NCBI RefSeq assembly: GCF_001194135.2
Contig: NC_068999.1
Location: 5,039,591 to 5,103,590 of the forward strand
Source of the DNA: Octopus bimaculoides
Lineage: Eukaryota
Length of the DNA: 64,000 nt
Direction of reading: 5' to 3'
The notes below the pieces were generated by a model. It saw nothing but the letters and a program-made list of their open reading frames with translations. It was not told the origin of the DNA and made no database searches. Below are positions 13,201 to 25,480 of the stretch, piece after piece. A program made the translations under genes and the position numbers. Each line of letters starts with the position of its first letter. Positions within the stretch are counted from its first letter, which is position 1.

Positions 13201-16200
13201 TTTCTCTGTCTCATTCACTGCTCCTTTCTTCTTACTCCCCCTCTCTCATTGATAGTCTTTCATAACTTTTCCTCTCTCACACTCTCCCCATCACTTTCTC
13301 TCATTTACAATCTCTTTTTATTTCTCACTCTCTCCACGTCTCTCTTACTCCCATTACTCTCTCCCACCCTCTATCTGCATATCTCTCTCTCTATCTCACA
13401 CAGCTACTCCCTCACAGACAAGAAAACTGGATTGGTAATCTTAGTGAAAGGATTCAATGACAAAATACCTGTAAGTATTTTTCACCTGATTAAATATATA
13501 TCTTATGCTATGCTTAATTAATTCTTGTTGGTTGATACAGGTGAGATGATGGATGAGACTAACTTGGTGTGGGGGGAGGGATGCTTTACTAATTGTTAGC
13601 AACTGTTAAAAGGAAGGGAGATAATTTCATGGCTATGTGGTAAGTAGCTTGGTTACCAACCACATGGTTCCGGGTTCAGTCCCACTACAACACTCAATAA
13701 AATGTCATTTTCAATTAGATTCCACGTCATCATCATTATCATTTGTTCATTATTGTTGTTGTTAATATAATGTATTTTTGTGTTTTATATTTAGATATTT
13801 TATATTATATTGTTTTGTGTTTGTCCAGGAATTATTCCAAACCATTGTCGATGAATTGGCAAACTTTGAATTTAGCGATGAACTTTTTGAAGTCTGTAAA
13901 TCACAGCTGCAGAAGGATTACTATAATTCTATGATTAGACCATATAACGCTGCTTGGTAAGTCATCACTCACTGTGATTAAACCGTTTAAGTACTTGGTA
14001 AGTCAACACCATCACTCATTCATTAACAAATTAGCTTTCCACAGTCTTTCTTAATTAGACAAAAAACTAATAATTAACTTGCCATGGTCTTAATTATCTG
14101 TTGAAAGTGTCATAGTGTTAATTATGTCCGTGACTAACCCTAAATTAGCAACTGACACCTCCCGCAAATAAATTCATCATGTGCTCCATCAAGTTCTGAA
14201 TTCAAATTCTGTCAAGGTCAACTTTACCATACATCCTTTTGGAGGTCAATAAGATAAGTACCAGTTAAGCACTGGGTCAATGTGATCAACTTATGCTCTC
14301 TCCTCTTGATGCTTTCTGATATTGCTCCCAAGGACCCAACAATAATTGGAACTATCTTCACCTTTTTTATAGCCAGGCTATTTCGTACTTAAGAGAGTTG
14401 TATCTATCTATCTATCTATCTATCTTTTGCCTTCCTTCTTGACTATTCATGGGTCAAAGGGCATGCAACATTAACTATATAGCATATTATTGTTATTGTT
14501 GTTGTTGTTATTATTATTATTATTTCTGCAGTGGCCTTATGTTGGCTGTTATCATGGACAAGTTCTATTCTCTCCCAAATAAATACTGTGAACTGCCTAA
14601 ATTGAAGCCAGATATGTTAAGAAATTGGTACCAACAGTTCCGGTGCCAGATATACTGTGAGGGTTTTGTCATCGGCAATATGACTACAGAGGTTAGTATC
14701 ATTGTTTTTCACTTATTGTTGTGTATCTCCTGGTCATCTGTCTTGGGGTGGACTTAAGGTACAGGTGGCACCCTGTTGTCTTCACCATGATGACAAACAA
14801 TCCTAAAACTGGACAACCTCAGTTTTAACCATTGCATGGAATTTGTTGTATTAAAATGCTACAGCTTGCTTCAGTGACCCCTGTTATAATTACACCATGT
14901 ATTATAGGGGTTGGGATGGGGTTAGACTTAGTCTGTTATTTTATTGGCAGGAGCATCATAGCATCAGAAAGACTGCTTCTTAGTATTTGTTTTGACGATT
15001 TATGCTCTGAGTTCAATTCTCATTGAGGTCAACTTTGCATTCATCCATTTTGAGGGGTCAATGAAAGTACTAAACTAAGGCAGTGGATTTGCAAAACTAT
15101 TAGCATGTCAGACTAGTTGCCATGTTGTATATGTTCAAACCCTTCCATGGTAGATTTAACCTGTTGTCTTTTTTTAATACCATCAACATTTTCGGTATGT
15201 TTAGTAGATTCCATTCTGTTGCAAATATTCCAGTTTAAGGGTGTTTTCCTCCCACCATCAACCTTAGAGGCTTTGTTACAAGTTATGGACATTGCATTCC
15301 TTCTGGCCAAAAGATTTAAACAAAAATAAGAATATAAGCTGGCCTTTGGCTACTTTTAACAGAATCAGCTATTTCTAGAATTTTAAGTCTGTTGTCCATT
15401 GTTACTGAGATCCTCCATTCCTTCTACCTGTCTTGGAGACATGGAAAACGGTTAAGTATGCCGCTTTTTATCTTCTAGATGATTAGAAAGCTTAGAATAT
15501 GAGAGTGTATATATGTGTTATAATATTTTATGTATACAGGCGTGTGTGCACAAATGTGTGTTTGACATGTATGTATATATATGTGTGTGTGTATACATAT
15601 ATATGAATATTTATTTGAGTGTGTACGTGATGAGAGAGAGAGACGTATGTATCAATGCTCTTTGCTACAGACTGTCTGACTATTTATATCTGATAAATTC
15701 CAGACCAAAACCTGGTCAAGGGTTTCTGGAAAAAGGCTTTTGCCAGTTGACTGTACATGCTAGGCTGATATAGCTTAGTACCAATGTGGTCCCAGATATT
15801 GGCATCAGTATGTAAACAGCTACAACAGAAACCACAAGATTCTCCCATTTAATTCTATAATAATGCCATTAATCCACCTGAAAGCATAAAGGACAAAGTT
15901 GTGACCGCAGTGGGATTTGAACTCTGAATACAGAGTTAGAATGAATACCACAAGGCATTTTATTTGATGCTCTAATGACTCTGCCAATTTGCCTCTATAT
16001 ATGTGAGTGTGCATGAAATTTTTAATTGTTGTTGTTTATTTTTCAGACTGCTAAAGGCATGATGGAATATCTCGTGGATAAGATGAATGCTAAGGCTTAC
16101 ATTGAAGATTGTTTTCAAGTAAGTAAGAATAACAAATATATATATCTTCATCATCATACCCACACACGGGGATTAGACTCTCTCAAATGCCCAGGAGGCT

Positions 16201-19200
16201 CTCTTGAGGTTGTGGATAGTATCTGTTACCTAGATGCCCAAATTAACAATGGTGGAGGTATACAGTTGCTTGATATGAATGGAATTTTCTTTTCATTTTT
16301 CAAAAGTTAGGAACAATTTTATTATAGAAAGAATTAGTTGGAACGAACACAGAATCATAGAAATTTCTATCCTGAAAAAGAAATATATGTATAAACACAC
16401 GAAATCTTCCTAAAATGTATATAAAACGACTGTTTCAGCAGAAGTGTGAATAAGGAGAGGTAATTCATGAAAATGTTTGTTCCAGTTACTTCCCCTAAAA
16501 ATGCATGACGGCTTGTGAGGACACAAGTTTTATGAAAGGAGAGGATGTTGTTAATTTAATTGAGCCCAGTATTTTACTGGTTCCTTATTTTATCGACACT
16601 GTGATATTTCTCTCGCTGTCTGTCTCTAATTCTCTTTTCCGTGTTCTTCCTTTCCAGAATTGTCTGCTGCAATTACCAGTTGGTCAGTTCTGTTGCCAAG
16701 TCCAGAGTTTCAACCTGGACAGCCCCCACTCTACTATACTGATGTATTACCAAGTTGATCCTGGCAGCATCTTTACCAGTTGTCTTAACGAAATGTTGGT
16801 GGTGAGTCTCAACACTTTTATAATAAAACACACAATTGATTCACGAGTTGCAGGAAGTCACACATATTAGATTAACCATAATCCCCACAGCCCAAATGTC
16901 GTTGATAAATACACCTGTCTCTTAAACAGCCGCACATAAACCCAGATCATTTTCATCTTCACTTTTCTATGCTTGCATGGGTCACATGGAATTTATTCAG
17001 GCTGATTTTCTATGGCCAGATACCATTCCCTTCATCCATTTCTCCATGGTGTCAGTCATATTTTCATTGAAGATTGAGAATGGAGGCCTTTGCTTGCAAA
17101 TAATTATCACACAATGACAAGGTAAGGAAACAACACACACGCAAACATGCATATATACTCAAAGGGCTTCTTTCGGTTTCTGTCTAAGAAATCCACTCAC
17201 AATTCTTTGGTTGAGGCTATAGTAGAAGATACTTGCTCGAGGTGGCAAGCTGAAGGACTGAACTTAAAACCATGATGTTGAGAGATACACTGTCACACAC
17301 AAACCCAATCGTTCCATATGTCTCTTGTGAACTCAATCAAATCCCAAACACCTGTCACCCCCACATCTTCCACCCCAATCCCAATCCCATCTATTGATCA
17401 ATATATGATTATTGCCTCCACTTCCTCTCATCTGTTTTGCCCTGTTTCTCTCTGCAGACTCGAATGTATGAGCCTCTCTTTGATATTCTGCGGACCAAAC
17501 ACCAACTGGGTTACAGTGTTTCTGTTTCTGAAGAAGTTCGCAGAGGAATTCTTGGATTCTCTATTGTCATTGAATTTCAAGCACACAAGTACAGGTAAGG
17601 CATGCTTGCCCTCAATTCTAGTATCACCCATTAATTACTGATTATATGCTGATCTTTTGTCCTATTTTATTGCAGTTTTAATAATCTTTCTATGGCATTG
17701 CAAGCATAAACTAACTGCTTACATTTCATATTCTATAATTCCACAATGATATTTTGAGAGTGGTGGCCACTTACCTTCTTGTATGGAATTTTTCAGCCCT
17801 GAACTTGTCAATAACAAAGCCTATGCTTTCATAAAGGATTTTGTTGATATGATGGTTAATTTGACAGCAGAAGAGTTCCAATCATTGGTGAGTATTTTCA
17901 GCTAGCTGCCCATGAGTCATACATACACACATACATTCCATTCTTTTAAAATATTCTTTTCTACTCTAGGCACAAGACCCCCAATTTTTAGATCAACCTC
18001 AGTACACAACTGGTACTTAATTAATCAACCTCCGAAAGGATGAAAGGCAAAGTTGACTTCGGCAGAATTTGAACTCAGAACATGAAGACAGACGAAATAC
18101 TGCTAAGCATTTTGCCAGGCGTGCCAGCATTCTCTAGTATATTAAGGCTGCGAGCTGGCAGAAACATTAGCACGCCTGGCTAATTCTGCTTAGCGGTAAT
18201 TCGTCTGCCGTTATGTTCTGAGTTCAAATTCTGCCGAGGTCGACTTTGCCTTTCATCCTTTCGGGGTCGATAAATTAAGTACCAGTTACGCACTGGGGTC
18301 AATGTAATCGACTGGCCCTAGAGTTCTTCCTCTGAAGATTTTTCCTGCTCTCTGCTTATCTTGTAGAGAGTTTCTCTTTTCAGTATCATACCATATTGTT
18401 AAATATTGTGTTTTCCAATGCTGAACAAGATCAAACTGCACTGTTCAATATTTTACAGAATTGTTTCAATATTCTTCAGTGTTGAAATGCAATACTTATT
18501 CAATTATTCTACCATTCCAGAAAGAAAGTTTGATCACAGCCAAAAAATGTGAAGACACGAAGCTAGCTGAGGAAGCGAGGAGATACTGGCATGAAATCTT
18601 CTACCAAATATATGTGTTTAATCGTCTGGAAAAAGAGGTGAGTCTTTGGTTTTGATTTGATATTTCAAGTGTGTGTCACTGTTCTAGGGTAGCCACCCCA
18701 CCCCTATAGCTACCCAACCAAATGGTGAAGTGTAATTCTCTATTACTTGTTTCAGTCATTTGACTGCGGCCATGCTGGAGTACCGCCTTTAGTTGGGCAT
18801 TAAACTGAACAATGAATCAGCTCTCCCCACCCACCTGCAAAAAACATGGTGGCGTGTGAACTTTGAACCTTGAGAAAATATTGCCAGATCCCATAATGCC
18901 TGTTTCTCATTGGCAAAGTTTGTAGCCCTTGCAGAGTTCTTTCAATATTCCATCTCTCGTCTGAAATGTTAAATTTCTCTTGACACTTGGCAAAATAATT
19001 TTACAATCTATCAATAATCATCACTTAACGTCCGTTTTCCACGCTGGTATGGGTTGGACGGTTTGACAGGGGCTGCACCAAGCTCCAATTGTCTGTTTTG
19101 GCATGGTTTCCACAGCTGGATGCTCTTCCTAACACCAACCACTTTACCAAGTGTACTGTGTGGGTTTTTATATGGGCCCCCCCCCCCTATACACCATTAA

Positions 19201-20025
19201 CCTCTAACCCCCACCTCATATTTGTATTTACTTCAGGTCGAAGCCTTACATCGAATCACCTACACCGACTTTATCAATTATGTCAAGAAATGTTTACTCA
19301 ACGAATGCAGAGTGGTCAGTCTGCAGGTAAGTTAATCTCTCATTCCCCCTCTTCTACTACACCCAACCGTTGCCATTGGTAACTGTAGGCCTTCACCAAA
19401 CAAGAAACCTCTTGTTGCATCTCTTCACCCGATCTGTAAATTCTCGTTTCCATTAATTAACTTTATGAAGGTGTGCGGCCCAGTGGTTCAGGTGTTGCAC
19501 TCATGATTGCAAGATCATGGTTTCAATTCCTGAACTGGATAGTACGTTGCTTTCTTGAGCAAAACACTTCATTTCACATCACTCCAGTCCACTCGGCTGT
19601 ATGACACTCTGTCCAGCAGAGACAGTCAAGATCTCCGTCCCTTGTACAGCATGGAAACTGAGAAACCAGTTCTGAGTCCTAAGGTTCGACTCCATCCCAC
19701 AACCACCACCACCTCCCTGCTGGTTACTGCAATTATAAAGACGACTCAATCTCTCTCTCTCTTCTAGGTTATTGGCAAGAAATCAATTAAGAAGAAGAAG
19801 AAAAAGAACAAAAAGAGTGATGCCTCATCAAGTTCGGAAAGCAACCCTGAGGCATCTGGTGACACAACAGCAATGCAAGACATTCGGTCTGCCTACACCA
19901 TGTTGACTTGCAACTGTGCACCGTCTCCAACAGAAGCGAAATGTATTAAAATTACAAATATTGACGAGTTTAAGGAGACTCTCACGAAATTACCAAACCA
20001 TAAAATTAAAACCTTAAATTATTAG
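691..20025 (+). CDS. NRDC: Nardilysin (M16A metalloendopeptidase), 3' portion; 28 coding exons in window, 5' exons lie upstream of the window
   Basis: Exons joined by hand, all AG/GT bounded and phase-consistent: 691-817, 1330-1425, 2389-2511, 3578-3635, 4223-4256, 4820-4859, 5183-5252, 5624-5701, 6228-6348, 7324-7437, 7818-7922, 8267-8390, 8920-8952, 10043-10093, 10830-10876, 11159-11234, 11733-11784, 12463-12546, 13404-13470, 13829-13956, 14532-14691, 16047-16118, 16658-16801, 17458-17594, 17797-17887, 18521-18637, 19237-19326, 19768-20025 (TAG). Peptides TVFYFNVQRKFFEKALDMFAQFFISPLMREDSINREIKAVDSEF, MYSAHFMTLAVQSKETLDVLDEWVREIFS, HEGAGSILSYLKKRMWAL, LVILVKGFNDKIP, EPLFDILRTKHQLGY and KCEDTKLAEEARRYWHEI match nardilysin as I recall it. 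HxxEH and the acidic domain are outside the window. Confidence 0.93.
890..1115. repeat. Degenerate tandem repeat (GGGACATTGGTCATAGTT-like)
   Basis: Recurrent TTGGTCATA/ATAGTTGGGAC motifs in an NRDC intron. Confidence 0.55.
9685..9957 (+). mobile_element. SINE family C with a well-preserved tRNA-derived head
   Basis: GGCGCATGGCTCAGTGGTTAGAGCG (A box)...GAGTTCGAATCCC (B box), followed by a body shared with 1-170. Confidence 0.7.
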
Positions 20026-20109
20026 CTTTGCTTTTTTTTTTTCCACCCCCAAACTTTTGAATTAAATTTCCAAGATTTTTATTTAAATTCAAAAACATCC
20101 ACCCATACC

Positions 20110-20115
20110 AATAAA
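20110..20115 (+). terminator. Candidate polyadenylation signal (AATAAA) for NRDC
   Basis: AATAAA about 85 nt after the NRDC stop codon; a second one follows about 20 nt later. Confidence 0.4.
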
Positions 20116-21042
20116 ATTTTATAAAATAATAAAGAAAAACCGGCCCCCCCCCCCCACCATTATTTCCTGATGACTGTTACAACAGTGATGATGATGATGG
20201 AACGTTTCAGAAAATAAATGGAAATTATCTGAATTAAAATTTGTTCTTATTTTTAAAGAAATATTGATTCCATTGTTATAGAGGCACAGGCGTGACTGGG
20301 GGGGAGGGGTAGCCACAAGCAGCATTTGAGTCTGCTGTAGGCAATATGTATTTTTTGTGGGGTCTGGGAGCGGAAAACTGAAGGGCTACCCCGGGTGGCA
20401 CACACACTAGCTAAGCTAGTGGTTTCAGCTAGATGGAATACAAAAAGGAGTTGTCTATTCTCCAGTACAAGCTACTCAGATGCCATCAACCAATTCAGTC
20501 ACCATCGAGTACCAACCACCCAAGTGTTCTCTACTGATTGTGTCACCCTCAGGTACTAACCATAAAAATAAAAAATGTTGAAATATTTTTGGTTAGAATA
20601 AATGGAAGAGACAAGAGGAAGCATGTCTATAGTTTATATCTCCTTTATTTGTTTAATTAATTGGGTGTGGATGGGTAATATGAAATAAATCAATCACATC
20701 TATTTAAATTAAACATGAAAAAAAATTGAAATATCATCACTTACATGGAAAAATTGAAATATTATCTTTCAGTATTTTACAAGATAAAATCTTAAATTGT
20801 TAATTGACACATTATTAATTATCTTATAACAACAATACCTGGAAAAATCATGGATTACATGGGAAAATGCAAGCATGAAAAGTAATATTCTTAAGATTAT
20901 AAACCAGGAAAAGTACAGGACAGGTTATTACACCGGTAAAAGTATAGGACAAGCTATTACTTCTAGTAACGAATAAGAAACTTTTTACTTAAAATATTGC
21001 AGCTAAAATTAAAATTTGAATATTAAAAATTATTTTATTATA

Positions 21043-23028
21043 TTGGGTTGGCAACTAAGTTTCTGCCGTTTTTTTTTAAATTTAATTTTTTTTAAAAGGT
21101 TTAATTAATCAATAATGAATTCACCCTTGTTGTTTACAACTTATTCCCAACGTTCAACAAGATTTTGAATACCTCGTTGGTAGAAATCACCCGATTTCGA
21201 CTCGAAAAAATGATCCAACCAGGCTCTCAATTCTGCATCAGTATTGAAAGAAACTCCGCGCATAGCATTTGAAAGAGGNNNNNNNNNNNNNNNNNNNNNN
21301 NNNNNNNNNNNNNNNNNNNNNNNNNNNNNNNNNNNNNNNNNNNNNNNNNNNNNNNNNNNNNNNNNNNNNNNNNNNNNNNNNNNNNNNNNNNNNNNNNNNN
21401 NNNNNNNNNNNNNNNNNNNNNNNNNNNNNNNNNNNNNNNNNNNNNNNNNNNNNNNNNNNNNNNNNNNNNNNNNNNNNNNNNNNNNNNNNNNNNNNNNNNN
21501 NNNNNNNNNNNNNNNNNNNNNNNNNNNNNNNNNNNNNNNNNNNNNNNNNNNNNNNNNNNNNNNNNNNNNNNNNNNNNNNNNNNNNNNNNNNNNNNNNNNN
21601 NNNNNNNNNNNNNNNNNNNNNNNNNNNNNNNNNNNNNNNNNNNNNNNNNNNNNNNNNNNNNNNNNNNNNNNNNNNNNNNNNNNNNNNNNNNNNNNNNNNN
21701 NNNNNNNNNNNNNNNNNNNNNNNNNNNNNNNNNNNNNNNNNNNNNNNNNNNNNNNNNNNNNNNNNNNNNNNNNNNNNNNNNNNNNNNNNNNNNNNNNNNN
21801 NNNNNNNNNNNNNNNNNNNNNNNNNNNNNNNNNNNNNNNNNNNNNNNNNNNNNNNNNNNNNNNNNNNNNNNNNNNNNNNNNNNNNNNNNNNNNNNNNNNN
21901 NNNNNNNNNNNNNNNNNNNNNNNNNNNNNNNNNNNNNNNNNNNNNNNNNNNNNNNNNNNNNNNNNNNNNNNNNNNNNNNNNNNNNNNNNNNNNNNNNNNN
22001 NNNNNNNNNNNNNNNNNNNNNNNNNNNNNNNNNNNNNNNNNNNNNNNNNNNNNNNNNNNNNNNNNNNNNNNNNNNNNNNNNNNNNNNNNNNNNNNNNNNN
22101 NNNNNNNNNNNNNNNNNNNNNNNNNNNNNNNNNNNNNNNNNNNNNNNNNNNNNNNNNNNNNNNNNNNNNNNNNNNNNNNNNNNNNNNNNNNNNNNNNNNN
22201 NNNNNNNNNNNNNNNNNNNNNNNNNNNNNNNNNNNNNNNNNNNNNNNNNNNNNNNNNNNNNNNNNNGAATGGCTTCCTTGGTCATATTGACGATATGAGG
22301 GCGGGCGTTGTCGTGTAGCAGAAGAACTCCATGCTGCCGATTAGGTCTTTTCTCTTGAATAGCCACGTTGACCGTTTGGTTCCGTTCAAGCAATTCGTAA
22401 TGGATAATCCCTTCTCAGTCCCACCATACACACAACATCGTTTCACGCGCGGTGTCGCTTGTTTACCAGGGCTAAGCCATTCCGTACGCTGCTTCATATT
22501 TATGTACAGGCACCATTTCTCGTCGCCAGTAACGATTCGGTAAAGAAATCGTTGCTTGTGTCCATGAGTTGAGCGGTGACTAGCAAACAAACCAGCGGAG
22601 ATTGTGGTTCATTGATTTTTGTTTTTGTCACTGAAAGCATGCGGAACCCCTGCTCCATACTTCTGAACTTTTCCCATCGAGTGAAGATGCTTCTTTATAG
22701 CAGTGTGGGAACATTCCATATTCTCTGCCAGTTCCCTTGTCATTTGACGAGAATTTTCGTGCAAAAGTTGGTTTAATTGCTCTTCGTCGAGCTCAACTGG
22801 ACGGCCAGAACGAGGTGTGTCTTCGAGGTCAAAATTTCCATTTTTGAACTTGGCATACCAATCACGAGCGATTCTTTCAGCTATGGCACCCTCTCCATAC
22901 ACAGCTCAAATGTCGCGAGCAGCTTTTGCGGCCTTAGAACCTTGATTAAAGGCAAAAAGAAGGAGGTGTCGAAAATGCTCGTTTTTCTTAACTTGACATT
23001 CCATTTCAACGATATGAAAATAAACTGA
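21043..23028 (-). mobile_element. Mariner (Tc1/mariner, mellifera-like) element, interrupted by an N gap
   Basis: TA plus TIR TTGGGTTGGCAACTAAG at 21041-21059; transposase fragments on both sides of gap 21279-22266; the other end is lost at a 10-N gap. Confidence 0.85.
21105..23004 (-). pseudogene. Mariner transposase pseudogene
   Basis: MECQVKKNEHFRHLLLFAFNQGSKAAKAARDI*AVYGEG...RSGRP...GVPHAF...IVTGDEKW...HDNARPH / LSNAMRG...FYQRGIQNLVERWE*VVNNKGEFIID*. It has premature stops and frameshifts. Confidence 0.88.
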
Positions 23029-24939
23029 NNNNNNNNNNTTACAAATAACATTATACTTATTTAAGTAGAATTTGGCTAATCTACCTTAAATACAGAAAAA
23101 AGTGACTAATTAGTGACCACTTTAAATACAGAAAGTACCTTAAAAGTGACTACCTTAAATACAGAAAAAAGTGACTAATTAGACAAACTTACAAATTAGC
23201 TGAACAGTTTTGTACAAGAAATTTAAGATGAGAAATGTAAAAAGTGATAAATTATACAATATTTTAAGTAAAAAGTTTCTTTTTCTTTACTTTACTAGAA
23301 GTAATAGCTTGCCCTATACTTTTACAGGTGTAATAACTTGTCCTGTAATTTTCCTGGTTTATAATCTTAAGAATATTACTTTTCATGCTCGCATTTTGCC
23401 CATGTTGATGTATGGATCGTTAGAATAAGTGAGGTAAGCATCGTAATTGTTAGTTCGTACCATTTACCATGTTGCAAAGACGAAAACCAATTACCGTAAT
23501 CTCAACTACCTTAAACAAATAATCAAATTGGCGAATTTACAAGAGCAAATGTTAAGCTGTTATTTAAGAGAGTAACCATTGATATTAAGCAGTGACGAAA
23601 AGATGCAAGCAAGAACATACACAATACATTAAGAATGTTATACTAAATTTACTAAGAAGTTAAAATACAAATAACATTGTGTTCTGTCACACAACACAAG
23701 CAATAAAATACAATAAGCGATGCAAAATGGAAAACTCAATTTAGAAATGAATATAAATTCGTAAAATCAGATTGATATTTAGGTTCATGTTAAAATGAAT
23801 GACTTTCGGGTTTGTAGTAGAATTATAATTCGTTAATGAATATTTGCGTTTCAGGTGGATTAATATTAAAGCTGTCCTATCGTCCAAATTAAAACATTAA
23901 GAATAGCATTGAAAGAAGTTCCGGTTATTTAAAGGGGAGGGAGAAATAAAAATTACTTACCATTTTTCTTCTTTTTTCGCTAAGTGGTTACCGAATTAGC
24001 TCCAGAATCTTCACCTGCTAAAGTATCAGTGGTCACTACTTTACTTTCAAAGCCACTAAATTGATCTTCAGAAGCTTTTACACACGACTGAGGCGAAATT
24101 CCATCTTCTTCAGTCACCATTTTGCCATACTCTCGATTACACTAGACTGTCTGATACAAGATAATTGGGGGTTTTTTTTTTTTCAATATTACAAACGTTG
24201 TTTTATACCAGTAAAATTTAATTGAAACACATTTCTTAAAATACAACTACTTCATGTTCCATATCAAAAACATTAAATTAACTGTTTGAAAACAATTATA
24301 AATGATATCCATTTTGTAACAAGTTGGTTAGAGAGTATGCATGTGGAAAATCGGTGTTTGTTTGTGGCGTTGTTAGCTAACTCCTCCTACATCGTTTTAT
24401 TGATTTTTATGAAACTTGACACGTGAGTAGAACTCATGTCTGGAAACCTCGTGACATATTTAGATTGTTGAAAAAAATCGTCAATACGGCCTCTGGAAGT
24501 GACCTTAATATCTACCTCAAATAACTGATTTTTTAACACCCAAGGGAAATAACCCATAGCACCTGTATAGTTTTTTTTTCTAAAACACTCAAGGGAAATA
24601 ACCCATTACATTGTTTATGCTCGATTACTTTGAATATTGATTTTTCGTGTGTCCTATTTCTAATTTTTGCAGACAATATCACTTTTATACTTTATTTGAC
24701 ACGTGAGTAGCACCCAAGTCTGGAAACCTCGTGACATACTTAGATTGTTGGAAAAAATCGACGATAGAGCCCTTCCAATAGATCCATCTACTGCATATTA
24801 TTATTTTATTTAAACAACCCAAGAGAAATAACTCATACCACCTGCAGATTTTAGCGAAGTGATCAATATTCGATGCTCACAATCAGCCGACCTAATTCTG
24901 CATTTCACTACTAGGGTCATCATTGCTGAGAATCCAGCC

Positions 24940-25480
24940 CCGCAGCGATAATTCGAGGGGGAGGGGGGACTGAATCAGCATGGTCAGTTCACGCATCAAA
25001 AGAAGAGGATAGGTGTCCTTCAGTTTCGCCCAAAATGTTGGGTGCTGTTGTTCAGAAAAATCAACTTTCAACTGAGTACCCTCGCGAATTTGAAAAACAA
25101 TTCTACCATCGCAGCAACATCAGTATCATTGGTACCACTGTCTTTCACTGAGAAGGGTCTGCAGGTCCACGCATCAGTACAGCAGTCATCCAATCATGAG
25201 AAGTAACTTTCAATGGCATCATTCACTGCCAGAAGATGAGTTGAGATCTCTTCACGGAAACTGCATTCAGCTTCTGGCATAGAATCCAGGATAGTTGTCA
25301 TCTGAAGGAAGACGGTTGTGGCACCGTCCTGAACTATTTTCTGGTAGAGTTGAATCTTACACTTGAATGCTGCAATGCAATACCTCAAATACATCAAATA
25401 AATTACTTTCTCCCAAATCCTCCGAGAGACCCCAAACGCTCCACCACCACGGGTCACAACCCTCAGGTTAAGAACCCCTG
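24940..25480 (-). mobile_element. Degraded hAT (Charlie/Buster-like) element: one terminus plus a C-terminal transposase fragment
   Basis: Terminus CAGGGGTTCTTAACC on the minus strand from 25480. Peptides IAAFKCKIQLYQKIVQDG, HLLAVNDAIESYF, AWTCRPFSVK and FWAKLKDTYPLL resemble Buster/ZBED5-type C-termini; frameshifted. Confidence 0.6.
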
